A DNA stretch of 64,000 nucleotides from a virus (lineage: Duplodnaviria; Caudoviricetes), in IMG/VR virus record IMGVR_UViG_3300033066_002300, positions 1-64,000 of that record. The stretch is one strand, 5' to 3'. This document shows positions 28,126 to 37,308 of the stretch, piece by piece. The notes under the pieces were generated by a model. That model was given only the letters and a program-made list of their open reading frames with translations. It did not search any database and had not been told where the DNA came from. The position numbers and the translations under genes were made by a program. How positions within the stretch are numbered: position 1 is the first letter of the stretch; the number at the start of each line of letters is the position of its first letter.

Positions 28126-29535
28126 TTAATCGTAATTTTTATTCCATCCGCTACCTGACGACTTTCTTCTTTCTGAAAAATCATCATCATTTGGATTATA
28201 GACTTTAGCTGAGTCATTCTCATAATCTTCATCCTCTGAACTTGAATTACTATTGAAGCCCATTCTTCCGCCAGTTCCTCCTGTCAATTTATCGCTTAAG
28301 TAATTAGAGCTACGTATTTTTTCATCGCTTTTGATTTTACCTTCTAATGACTCAATTATACTTTCTAAGGTAATTTTCTTTTTCAATAAATTCATGCTGA
28401 ATTTAAGCATTTTAATACTACTGTGTATATTTGCTCCTGTTGCTCTTGAATCTTTGAATATTTTTACAACTTTAGCATCTGTGAAAATTTTAGCTTCTTC
28501 ACTTGTAGTTTCTAATCCAAATCCATATTTTAAAGACTTTAAAATAATTTGTCTTATGTTTTCTAAAGTTAAATCATCAAATGATAAAGACCTATCAAAA
28601 CGTCCTGGTCTTTGAGCTGCCAAGTCTAATAAATCTACTGAGTTAGTTGTTGCAATAATTCCAACATTTGGCCCTAACTTATCTGTACCATCCATTACAT
28701 CTAAAAAGTCTTGTAATTTTTCTGGGTGTACACCTTTAGTTCTGGAACCTAAAGATAAATCAATATCATCATAGATAAGAATTGAAGGGGCTAATAACTT
28801 AGCTAATTGTACTTTTTCTTTAATCATTGAACAAACTGGAGTTTTAATAACTGTAACACCCATTTTATTCAAAATATTTGCTAAAACTAATGTAGATTCT
28901 GTTTTTCCTGTTCCTGGACTACCTGCCATTAAGAATCTCATTAATATACCTTCTTGTTTAAAAGCCTCAACATACATTTTCAAGTCTTCAATCATAAACT
29001 TAGGTAAATGTATATCATTAAAATTACGTTCTTCAATTGGTTTTTTATCCCACTCAATTTCATCTCTTTCCATTGAGAAATAACTACCTTTTAAATCACT
29101 AACTTGAACTGCATGCCCCCAAACTTTATCATAAAATGCCTCAGCATCTACAAATGTTTTTTTACTTGATGACATGTAAAAATAAAATTGTACTTCATTT
29201 TGTTGTTTAAATACATCAAACAAAAGATTTACAGTCATGTCCTGAAATTGTACAAGGACATTTTTTTGTCCATAGCCTTCATAGAGATTTACATTTTCTT
29301 TAAATTCATTATCTCGAAGAAATCCAATCACTTTCAGTCCATGTTTTTCTTGCATTTCTGGACTCTCGATGAGAATATTAAAATAATCAGAGAATATTTT
29401 AAAAATTGGTCGATTTAATGTATAATCGAATGAGAATTTAGCTTGATACTTATTCGTAGCTATTTCTGGTTGTTTAGTCAGAACAATAGTTTCTATTTTC
29501 TGCTCTTTTTCTAGTTTAGTTTGTCGTTTTGCCAT
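28126..29535 (-). CDS. AAA+ ATPase
   Basis: GSPGTGKT, LIYDDID, ATTN..D.A.QRPGRFD. Confidence 0.9.
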   Translation of the reverse strand: MAKRQTKLEKEQKIETIVLTKQPEIATNKYQAKFSFDYTLNRPIFKIFSDYFNILIESPEMQEKHGLKVIGFLRDNEFKENVNLYEGYGQKNVLVQFQDMTVNLLFDVFKQQNEVQFYFYMSSSKKTFVDAEAFYDKVWGHAVQVSDLKGSYFSMERDEIEWDKKPIEERNFNDIHLPKFMIEDLKMYVEAFKQEGILMRFLMAGSPGTGKTESTLVLANILNKMGVTVIKTPVCSMIKEKVQLAKLLAPSILIYDDIDLSLGSRTKGVHPEKLQDFLDVMDGTDKLGPNVGIIATTNSVDLLDLAAQRPGRFDRSLSFDDLTLENIRQIILKSLKYGFGLETTSEEAKIFTDAKVVKIFKDSRATGANIHSSIKMLKFSMNLLKKKITLESIIESLEGKIKSDEKIRSSNYLSDKLTGGTGGRMGFNSNSSSEDEDYENDSAKVYNPNDDDFSERRKSSGSGWNKNYD

Positions 29536-29594
29536 ACAATTGCTTTAGTATGATACGAAAATAAAACTTTTATATCAAAGAAACAATAGAGTTA

Positions 29595-30203
29595 TTAACT
29601 TTTTTTTTCTGAATCATCTTTTTTTTTGTTAAAACCATATACTGCAGGCATAACTTTATTATAACCTTCAATAAAGGTTTTTAATTCAGGAGATTCATTC
29701 ATTACATCTTTCATTATTTCTGTATCAACTGCTTCAGTAATACCATTAGTCATAATCTTTGCCATCTTTTCTTCATAATCTTCATCATTTGGGTCTGGTT
29801 GTCTCATTTCCCAATAATTAGGCATCATTGCTATTGCTGTTTTATATTCCTCTGAGTCTGGCTCTGGTCCTTCCATAACTGCTATAATAAATTCTTCAGG
29901 AGGTAAATACTTATGTGCTTCTACATAATGAATAATCATCATGGGAGATGCATAATATACACCTTCATTTGAAACTACTCTAATTTCATTAGAACTATGT
30001 TCATTTTCATCGCAAAAATGACAACTTTGCCAGCCTTTTGTTTGAAACATCCTAAAGTTAGAAAAATTTTTTAATTTATCTAAAAAACCTTCAGGAGTTT
30101 CTCCAACCTCAAAAGGCTGGTCTTCTTGTAACCATCCTACATTTAATTCTTTCTTAGAATGATGACGATAGTTGTATGAGGTTAAATCTTTATAATAACT
30201 CAT
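29595..30203 (-). CDS. conserved hypothetical protein
   Basis: Y.DL..Y, NVGWL, C..C, Y.SP.MI.HYV..H.YLPP.EF. Confidence 0.7.
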   Translation of the reverse strand: MSYYKDLTSYNYRHHSKKELNVGWLQEDQPFEVGETPEGFLDKLKNFSNFRMFQTKGWQSCHFCDENEHSSNEIRVVSNEGVYYASPMMIIHYVEAHKYLPPEEFIIAVMEGPEPDSEEYKTAIAMMPNYWEMRQPDPNDEDYEEKMAKIMTNGITEAVDTEIMKDVMNESPELKTFIEGYNKVMPAVYGFNKKKDDSEKKS

Positions 30204-30206
30204 TTT

Positions 30207-31907
30207 TTATTTTTTATTTAACAACCATACTTTACCTTCTTCTAATAATATTAAACCTGAATTAGTATTTTTAATTACAGACTCAGTAGATACAAGGTCA
30301 CAATCCATTTGAGATACTTCAGAAAAGTCTTGTGTTCTTATGATTGAAATTTTATTATCTCGTGGTATAAATACAAATCCTTCTCCATCAGGATTTTTTC
30401 TAAATGCAAAATTTGAAAATCCTTCTATTTCATCCCCAGAAATATTCAATTTCATTTTTTCTATTTTAAATAATTTATATTTCATCTCAGAGTTTTCTCT
30501 GTATTGAACAATACCAATATTTTTATCCTGATAAAGGTCATTAATTCGTATAGGAGAATTTAAAACTGCTATTTCTTTACCTGCTTCATTATAAAAAATA
30601 TTTTGACCTCCGCCAGAATTATACATTAAGCCATTATTTTTTTGAAACCCTTTACCATAAACATTGATTGCGCTTATTTTTATATTTGAAGTTATCGTTT
30701 CATCTATAAAAATTTTATACATTCTATCTTCTTCAACAATCAATAAAATATCTTCAAATTGTTTTTCAATATATTTATCTGCAAACTTAAAATTAAGTTT
30801 TGTAGTTTTTCCTTTTCCATTATAAACATAAAGTTCATTACCTTTTTTTAATAAAATATTTTTATGTCCTACATAAACTTTATCATAATCCTTTTTAAGT
30901 ATAATATCAGTCATTGTAACATAACCTTTATTTCTTGCATTAAATAATTTAAACTCATTTTTTGTTTCTACAATTAAATGATTGTCAGATGTCAGCACTC
31001 TCTTTAAGTCATCTCCATCAAAAACATTAGTTATAATTAAATCCCCTTTATCATATTTAACAACATTAGAAGGTTTATTTATAGCCATTACAACTAGATT
31101 TGGATTGACATCTGTTAAGGACAATAAAAACCTTTCGCCACGTAAATAATAACGCTCAAATTGTCCCATAAAATTTTTATCTTGTATAGGCTCATAGCAT
31201 TTAGGATGTTTAAGGTCTGAATCACTTACAAAAATAGGTATCTTGTGTATCATTCTATCTGAAATCTTCAAATACTTCTTATGAATACCCTTAAATGGAT
31301 GTGTAAAAGAAAGCATATTAAATGCAAGAATAGATAATGCAAAAAAATCACTATTTTTATCTATTTTTCCTTGATATAAATAATCTCTAATTTCATCCAT
31401 CATTCTACCTGAATGTACATTCCCAGGAGTTTGATATGAGTCCGTATCAATTAATTTAATATCACCTGAATTATTCATCATAATATTAAAGCAATTTAAA
31501 TCTCCAATTACAATATTTAAATCATGAGCATATTTAATAGCTTTTATTAATTGCTCAATTATTTTTAGTTTAGACTTTTTATCTATACTGTGAGATTGAC
31601 AAAAAGATTTTACGTAAATATTACTTAATGGATAAAAGTCACTATTAAGATATTCCATAGTAAAACCTATTACTCTTGATTTTGAATCAAAAAGTAATTC
31701 CTGAGGAGCGATAAATAAATTTTTATCCAACTTTTTTATAAAGTCAAATTTTTCCTTAGTAATAGGAATAATACCATCATGATAAATTTTTGCAACTGTA
31801 TTTGAATTTAATTCATAAACAACACCTTCACCTCCCCGTGCTATCTCACGATTTAAATCAATTTTATATTTTGCACCAGCGTAATTAACTACATTTAAAT
31901 AAGCCAT
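30207..31907 (-). CDS. Ser/Thr protein kinase of the TerY-P triad type
   Basis: ARGGEGVVY, VAKIY, GDLN..NI, IDTDSYQ, D.FAL, THPFKG. Confidence 0.88.
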   Translation of the reverse strand: MAYLNVVNYAGAKYKIDLNREIARGGEGVVYELNSNTVAKIYHDGIIPITKEKFDFIKKLDKNLFIAPQELLFDSKSRVIGFTMEYLNSDFYPLSNIYVKSFCQSHSIDKKSKLKIIEQLIKAIKYAHDLNIVIGDLNCFNIMMNNSGDIKLIDTDSYQTPGNVHSGRMMDEIRDYLYQGKIDKNSDFFALSILAFNMLSFTHPFKGIHKKYLKISDRMIHKIPIFVSDSDLKHPKCYEPIQDKNFMGQFERYYLRGERFLLSLTDVNPNLVVMAINKPSNVVKYDKGDLIITNVFDGDDLKRVLTSDNHLIVETKNEFKLFNARNKGYVTMTDIILKKDYDKVYVGHKNILLKKGNELYVYNGKGKTTKLNFKFADKYIEKQFEDILLIVEEDRMYKIFIDETITSNIKISAINVYGKGFQKNNGLMYNSGGGQNIFYNEAGKEIAVLNSPIRINDLYQDKNIGIVQYRENSEMKYKLFKIEKMKLNISGDEIEGFSNFAFRKNPDGEGFVFIPRDNKISIIRTQDFSEVSQMDCDLVSTESVIKNTNSGLILLEEGKVWLLNKK

Positions 31908-31920
31908 TTATTTTATTTTT

Positions 31921-32082
31921 TTAATTTAAGTCTTTCCAATTATCAACATATGGAGGTCTAACACCAAAATGTATTATTTTTACGTTAATTTGATGTTTAT
32001 CACATATTCTGCATGTACGTTCTATTTGTTCGTGATATCACCATATATGTATATTACGTATTAAGAATTTTAAAAATCTCAT
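31921..32082 (-). pseudogene. 54-codon small ORF with an internal TGA
   Basis: MRFLKFLIRNIHIW*YHEQIERTCRICDKHQ...; TGA at 32038-32040. Confidence 0.5.
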
Positions 32083-32086
32083 AATA

Positions 32087-32251
32087 TCAATCTTTTAATT
32101 TTAAACTATAAATATAAAATCCTGTACCAATACACAAACAAATAAATCCAATATTTAATTGAACTTCCGTATTTGTAAATAACATTCTTAGTCCCATCAA
32201 AATAATAGCAATTAATAACATAGTTATGGTAAATTTGTCAATTTTTTTCAT
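32087..32251 (-). CDS. small 2-TM membrane protein (not in track)
   Basis: MKKIDKFTITMLLIAIILMG... Confidence 0.55.
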   Translation of the reverse strand: MKKIDKFTITMLLIAIILMGLRMLFTNTEVQLNIGFICLCIGTGFYIYSLKLKD

Positions 32252-32290
32252 AATTTAATAATTATGTTTTTATTTTTAATTTGGCTACTG

Positions 32291-32368
32291 GTACTAACAC
32301 AACCCTTGCTCAATTTGCGAATTACATAACTGCTAAACAAACTAAGCAAGGCTCGATAACGTTAGCAG
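32291..32368 (+). repeat. attC-like recombination site 1
   Basis: gtacTAAC...ccttgct...agcaagg...GTTagcag imperfect palindrome. Confidence 0.65.
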
Positions 32369-32373
32369 TAATA

Positions 32374-33144
32374 CTACATTTGTTCTCCGAATAAACTATT
32401 TTGTTCATAACCTTTTTCTTTTCTTTTTTCCTCCCCTTTTTCAGAAACAAATCTATCAGTAGCAATTTGATAATAATTTTCATCTATTTCAAAACCTACA
32501 AATTTTCTATTTGATTTTAAACAAGCAACGCCAGTACTTCCACTTCCCATAAATGGGTCTAAAACAACATCATTTTCTTTGCTTGAATTTTCAATAAGTA
32601 TTTTCATCAATTCGATAGGTTTTTCGCTTGGATGTTGTTTGTTTTTTACATTTGGTATATTTAAAACGCTGCGAGTTCCACAATTATTTATCTTATTAGC
32701 TTTCCCTTTATAAGCAAATATTATATATTCGTGACTATCCATGTAATACATATTTGTTATGCAATTATCTTTTGCCCAAATAAGAGTTTTAAATACATTA
32801 AACTTCGCTTTTTCTAATTCGTTTAACATTTCCTTTAAGCACTTATTATTAGTCATAACGTAAAAATGACCACCATCTTTTAAAACATTATAACATAAAG
32901 GTAGCCATTCTGAAAATTTAATATCATTAAACTCAAAGCCTCCGTTACCATTTATAAATTTATCTTCTTTTAACATTCCGCCAGTCCCTCCGCTATTACC
33001 TCTTTTAGTTGTTTTATATGGTGGGTCGGTAACTATTAAATCAATACTGTCGCTTTCTACTCCTTTAAGTAATTCAACACTGTTCCCTTGTTTTGTATTT
33101 ATCATATTTTTAATTTTTTCAAAATTATTTTTGCCATCGCTCAT
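32374..33144 (-). CDS. site-specific DNA methyltransferase (N6-A/N4-C, beta class)
   Basis: VTDPPY, HPSEKP, VLDPFMGSGSTG, GFEID. Confidence 0.93.
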   Translation of the reverse strand: MSDGKNNFEKIKNMINTKQGNSVELLKGVESDSIDLIVTDPPYKTTKRGNSGGTGGMLKEDKFINGNGGFEFNDIKFSEWLPLCYNVLKDGGHFYVMTNNKCLKEMLNELEKAKFNVFKTLIWAKDNCITNMYYMDSHEYIIFAYKGKANKINNCGTRSVLNIPNVKNKQHPSEKPIELMKILIENSSKENDVVLDPFMGSGSTGVACLKSNRKFVGFEIDENYYQIATDRFVSEKGEEKRKEKGYEQNSLFGEQM

Positions 33145-33200
33145 TTTTAAATTCTTTTTAGTTTGTACTTCTAATTAAGTTTTGTGGTATAAATCCCTAC

Positions 33201-33258
33201 TACCTGTAACAGCACCTATGCGGCATTAAAACGACCGCCAATCTGCAAAACGTTATAC
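33201..33258 (+). repeat. attC-like recombination site 2
   Basis: ctgTAAC-agcaccta-tgcgg...ccgc...tgc-aaaac-GTTatac; shares arms with site 3. Confidence 0.7.
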
Positions 33259-33265
33259 GCAAGCA

Positions 33266-34000
33266 CTACATTTCGTTTCCAAAGAGAGTTTGCGGTTCAA
33301 AATTTTTATTAAAATCTGCCCTCCTTTTCATTTTTTCAAAATGATTTGGGTCTTTCTCAATCGCTATAAATTGTCGGTTGTTCTTTAAGCAACTTTCAAT
33401 TATAGTTCCGCTTCCACCAAAGGGGTCAATACAAATATCATTTATATTACTGCTGTTTAAAATTAAGTGGTCATATAGTTCAACAGGTTTTTCTGACGGA
33501 TGTATTTTATTACCCCTTATTCCTTTTATACTTATCAATGCTGTGCTTCCCATATTGTTTATTTTTCTCGCTCCGCCTTTTCTGAATAAAACAATAAACT
33601 CAACATTCTGCATATAATATCCAAGCGGTGTGTGCATACCCTTATCCCAAACCAAAATATTTAGAACTTTAAACCCCACCTTTTCTCCATCTGATATTAT
33701 TTGTGATAAATTTTTCTGATTACTCATACAATAAAAGTGGGTACTGTTTTTCATAACTCTAAATAATTCATCCATCCATCTGTAAAAGGGTGGTATTTCA
33801 AACATAATGCCGCTTTCTTTTTCTTCTCTTGTAATGGTGTTCATTTCTAATTTCTTTTTTAAAGTATCAATTTGCAATTGAGCATGTTCAATTAAAAAAG
33901 CATTACGCTCCATATTAATTCTCATTTCAAGCTCTGCTTGATAGTTGAGTTTAAGTTCTTCCCAAATTTTTAATTCTTTTAAATCATCGTATCTACACAT
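33266..34000 (-). CDS. chimeric or truncated beta-class DNA methyltransferase lacking DPPY
   Basis: HPSEKP, IDPFGGSGT and AIEKD present; N-terminal ~60 aa is an unrelated coiled coil. Confidence 0.75.
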   Translation of the reverse strand: MCRYDDLKELKIWEELKLNYQAELEMRINMERNAFLIEHAQLQIDTLKKKLEMNTITREEKESGIMFEIPPFYRWMDELFRVMKNSTHFYCMSNQKNLSQIISDGEKVGFKVLNILVWDKGMHTPLGYYMQNVEFIVLFRKGGARKINNMGSTALISIKGIRGNKIHPSEKPVELYDHLILNSSNINDICIDPFGGSGTIIESCLKNNRQFIAIEKDPNHFEKMKRRADFNKNFEPQTLFGNEM

Positions 34001-34018
34001 ATTTTTTAAATTTATTTG

Positions 34019-34375
34019 TTATTCTCTATTATCTGACCAATGTGGTAAAGGGCAAAATCTACCAGTTTTTTTTGGTTCACCATCTTTTAATTGCGGACAT
34101 TTTGAATGATTACACTCGCCATCAGCTCCACTCTGACAAGAAACTAATTCATTTTCATCTTTAAATTCATCATACTTTAAATTAAGCGTTAACTCATTAG
34201 CACTTTGAGCGTCATTATCAGTATGCGCTAATGTTAAGTTTTTAAACTTACCAATACCATCAATAATAGTCCATTCATTCTCATCAAGAGTATTATTAGC
34301 TTTAATATGTAAATTAATCCAATCCGTTAGATGCTTGTAAATAGCATTATTATCTTTTTTGTTTTCTTGTGACAT
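34019..34375 (-). CDS. hypothetical protein with Cys/His-rich C-terminus
   Basis: C....DGEC.H..CPQ..D.EP...GR.CPL. Confidence 0.6.
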   Translation of the reverse strand: MSQENKKDNNAIYKHLTDWINLHIKANNTLDENEWTIIDGIGKFKNLTLAHTDNDAQSANELTLNLKYDEFKDENELVSCQSGADGECNHSKCPQLKDGEPKKTGRFCPLPHWSDNRE

Positions 34376-34456
34376 AATTTATTTATTGCTTTTTACAATT
34401 GTTTTTAATTCATCATTAAAGTCTATAATTACTTATCTATGAGTTTTTCCTCACAA

Positions 34457-34488
34457 CAAAGATATTCATAAATTTTGACACTTACAAA
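34457..34488 (-). promoter_or_regulatory. Bacteroidota housekeeping-type promoter TTTG-N20-TATCTTTG
   Basis: matches -33/-7 consensus. Confidence 0.6.
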
Positions 34489-34590
34489 TTGTTTTTTTTA
34501 TTAAGTCAGTATATTTCAACTTAACAATTAAATTTCTAATAAATCTATTACAATTTGGTCGTTTGACAATTAATTTTTATATTTCATATT

Positions 34591-34755
34591 ATGAAAGAAG
34601 AAGAAAAAAAAGAAAAAACACATATTAGTATTGTATTAGACCCAGAAATACTACAAAAGTTAGAAGATGGAAATTACAATAAATCTAAACTTATTGATTC
34701 TTTATTGGTAAAATACTTTAAAAAAAGAGAAAAAATCAATAATTCAAAAAAATAA
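34591..34755 (+). CDS. small RHH protein (54 aa, not in track)
   Basis: HISIVLDPEILQKLE...NKSKLIDSLL. Confidence 0.6.
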   Translation: MKEEEKKEKTHISIVLDPEILQKLEDGNYNKSKLIDSLLVKYFKKREKINNSKK

Positions 34756-34845
34756 TCATACTGATAATCAGTATTTTATATAATAAAAGTCGCCTAAAAG
34801 AGATTTTTATTTTTTATCTCATATTTATAATAAACAATAAAAAAC

Positions 34846-35022
34846 ATGGGAAGAAAAAAAATTACAACAGAAAAGAAGAAGCAAAAGTTATCTATAACCA
34901 TTTCTTTGAACAATGCTCAAAAGCTAAATGAGCTTGAATTTACCAATAAGTCTAAATTAATTAATTGGCTATTAAGAGAACATTTTGGACTTAACCAGGA
35001 AGGAGGTCAAAATGAAAACTAA
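34846..35022 (+). CDS. small RHH protein (58 aa, not in track)
   Basis: KLSITISLNNAQKL...NKSKLINWLL; TATTTAT upstream. Confidence 0.6.
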   Translation: MGRKKITTEKKKQKLSITISLNNAQKLNELEFTNKSKLINWLLREHFGLNQEGGQNEN

Positions 35023-35395
35023 AAAATTGACCACCACAATTAACAGCAGATGTATCTATAAAAGCAAAAAGCTATCATTGCATACAAAAAACATCTTATA
35101 CAAAGTAGTTACAGATATTATCTGCGGAAATGAGGAACCAAGTTTCTTATATATGCAAGCAAATATATTTACTGTATGGCCAGAAGATATTGTTTGGAAT
35201 GCAATAGATGAATTGTTATCTAATGATATTATGTACATTGACTTCAATGATGAAGACGAAGAATTAGAGGAAGATGAATATCAAATGGAAGAATTAGTAT
35301 TCAATCCAGAATTTCTTGAGAAGATATATCCATCATTCGGTTCATGCCCTTGCTGCAATCCTGCGCCAGTTAATTTTAATGTAAACTATAATTAA
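35012..35395 (+). CDS. acidic hypothetical protein
   Basis: ATG 35012 after GGAGG; CPCC tail. Confidence 0.55.
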   Translation: MKTKKLTTTINSRCIYKSKKLSLHTKNILYKVVTDIICGNEEPSFLYMQANIFTVWPEDIVWNAIDELLSNDIMYIDFNDEDEELEEDEYQMEELVFNPEFLEKIYPSFGSCPCCNPAPVNFNVNYN

Positions 35396-35397
35396 TT

Positions 35398-36324
35398 ATG
35401 TCAAAACTAAAAAAGCATAATATTTTTTTAGAAGAAATTAAACTGCACCATCCTGAGTTAAAAGTTTTAGGAACCTACATTAATAGTCAAACAAAAATAT
35501 TGTTGGAAGATAATTTTGGAATACAATATCTATTTAGACCAAATGATTTGCTTAAAGGTTCAAAACCATCTATAAATTCATCTGTCAATAAAAATTTAGC
35601 TTTTAAAATTAAAGCGGAACAAATACATGGCGAAAAAACATATGATTATAGTCAAGTAAATTATATTACAAATAGAGATAAAGTAAAAATTGTATGTAAT
35701 AAATGTAATTTAGCATTTCTTCAAAGACCAACCAGACACTTATCTGGAGATGGATGTCCTCAATGTGGATTTGTTAAATCACAAATATCAAATCAACAAA
35801 TATTAAATCAAAGAGCAATTAGTATTGTTAAAGATATCTTTTTAAAGCATAACAATAAAATAAATTGTGATAAACTTTTATACAAAGGAAATAAAGCAAA
35901 AGCCATTTTTGGATGTAATGTGAAACCAGAACATGGTTATTGGATGGCAACACCTAATGATATATTAGATGGTTGCGGATGTCCATTATGCAATTCTTCT
36001 AAAGGAGAATTAGAAGTAGAATCAATACTTATAGAAAAAAATATTTTTTTTATAAAAAATAAAACTTTTACTGGATGTAAGCATAAGAGCTTATTGAAAT
36101 TTGATTTTTATTTACCAAAATATAATATCTGTATAGAATATGACGGTTTACAACATTTCAAACCGATTTCATTTTTTGGTGGAAATGAGCAATTAAAAGA
36201 GAACAAAAAAAGAGATAAAATAAAAAACAAATTCTGCAAGAATAATGGTATATTCTTAATAAGAATACCTTATACAGAATTTAATGAAATAAGATATATT
36301 TTAAGCTCATTATTAAATTTATGA
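35398..36324 (+). CDS. homing-type endonuclease (Zn-finger repeats + Vsr/DUF559-like PD-(D/E)XK domain)
   Basis: YDYS.V.Y, GCP.C repeats; SKGE, FDFYLP, IEYDG.QH, D..KN.FC, LIRIPY. Confidence 0.85.
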   Translation: MSKLKKHNIFLEEIKLHHPELKVLGTYINSQTKILLEDNFGIQYLFRPNDLLKGSKPSINSSVNKNLAFKIKAEQIHGEKTYDYSQVNYITNRDKVKIVCNKCNLAFLQRPTRHLSGDGCPQCGFVKSQISNQQILNQRAISIVKDIFLKHNNKINCDKLLYKGNKAKAIFGCNVKPEHGYWMATPNDILDGCGCPLCNSSKGELEVESILIEKNIFFIKNKTFTGCKHKSLLKFDFYLPKYNICIEYDGLQHFKPISFFGGNEQLKENKKRDKIKNKFCKNNGIFLIRIPYTEFNEIRYILSSLLNL

Positions 36325-36393
36325 AGCAATTTCTTTTGCATCATTTATTGTATATTTTTTGCCTGCGTAATTAACGGCGCTAATTGTTCCCAT
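36319..36393 (-). pseudogene. orphan 5' stub of the kinase gene (MGTISAVNYAGKKYTINDAKEIAS*)
   Basis: Matches kinase N-terminus MAYLNVVNYAGAKYKIDLNREIAR; its stop overlaps the endonuclease 3' end. Confidence 0.8.
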
Positions 36394-36394
36394 A

Positions 36395-36526
36395 TTAATT
36401 TTCGTATGAAGAAGTTTTACTTATTCTAATAAAGATAGGACCTATTACTCTAATATAATTGTGGTAAAAGTCGTCTTTAATTAACCATAAACTATTTGAT
36501 TTTACATTTCTAACTATCTTGAACAT
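36395..36526 (-). CDS. small hypothetical protein (43 aa, not in track)
   Basis: MFKIVRNVKSN... fills the gap between PP2C and the kinase stub. Confidence 0.45.
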   Translation of the reverse strand: MFKIVRNVKSNSLWLIKDDFYHNYIRVIGPIFIRISKTSSYEN

Positions 36527-37298
36527 TATCCCCTAACTTTATTCTAATCAAGCTTAAATCATCTTTGTTTGTCATACAATACTTACTATTCATGAGATTA
36601 TATTTTTTTTCAAGCATAATCTCATGACCTAAAAAAAGTTCATCCTTAACAAAGTAGTCAACAGGGTTAACTACATCTTCTGGCTTCTTTGGTTCTCTAA
36701 ACTTTGTAAATGTATCTAAGCCATCGCTGGCGATTGTAATGTTTGTAACATCTTCAAAATAATGTTTCTCTGGCTGTGCTGCATACCACAATTCAAAATC
36801 ATTGTAATTTTGAATAAAATCCAAGTTATAAGAAATATAATTTGGTCTATTTTCAGAGTTGTCTAAATGAGCAAATTTTGTATTCTTAATAAACCCTTCA
36901 GTATCATCCACTCTAAAATAACCATCTCCAAATGCAGCCACCATACAATTTTGAGCACCTTTATCTAAAACGCAAACAATCATTGTAGACAATAACTCGT
37001 CTGTTTTTAAATTAAGTAGTTGTTTTGTCTCATAGACTTTTCTTGCCATTTGAAATGTTAAGAACTTAAGATTTTTCTCTATGCCATCTTCAGTTTTATC
37101 CAAAATATGTTCAAGTTTATCTGTAACATCGTTAAATGCTTTTTTAAACAAAGCAGATGCAAAGTGAGAATCTTTGCCAGATGAACAGCCATCAAATACA
37201 CAAGCATATAGGTAATTACTCATATCCTTATATACCAATGAATCCTCTGCATAATTTTTATGCTCTACACCTCTTCTTAATAACGTTTTAATAATCAT
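36510..37298 (-). CDS. PP2C-family protein phosphatase (TerY-P triad)
   Basis: G..H...ED, VFDGCSSG, FGDG, IASDG, DD.S; start re-called to MIIKT. Confidence 0.85.
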   Translation of the reverse strand: MIIKTLLRRGVEHKNYAEDSLVYKDMSNYLYACVFDGCSSGKDSHFASALFKKAFNDVTDKLEHILDKTEDGIEKNLKFLTFQMARKVYETKQLLNLKTDELLSTMIVCVLDKGAQNCMVAAFGDGYFRVDDTEGFIKNTKFAHLDNSENRPNYISYNLDFIQNYNDFELWYAAQPEKHYFEDVTNITIASDGLDTFTKFREPKKPEDVVNPVDYFVKDELFLGHEIMLEKKYNLMNSKYCMTNKDDLSLIRIKLGDNVQDS

Positions 37299-37308
37299 AT
37301 TATTTTTT

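Noticed and set aside
33253-33280. ECF-like promoter inside attC-like site 2
   Set aside because: Spacer is 15 rather than 16 nt and the sequence is explained by the recombination site.
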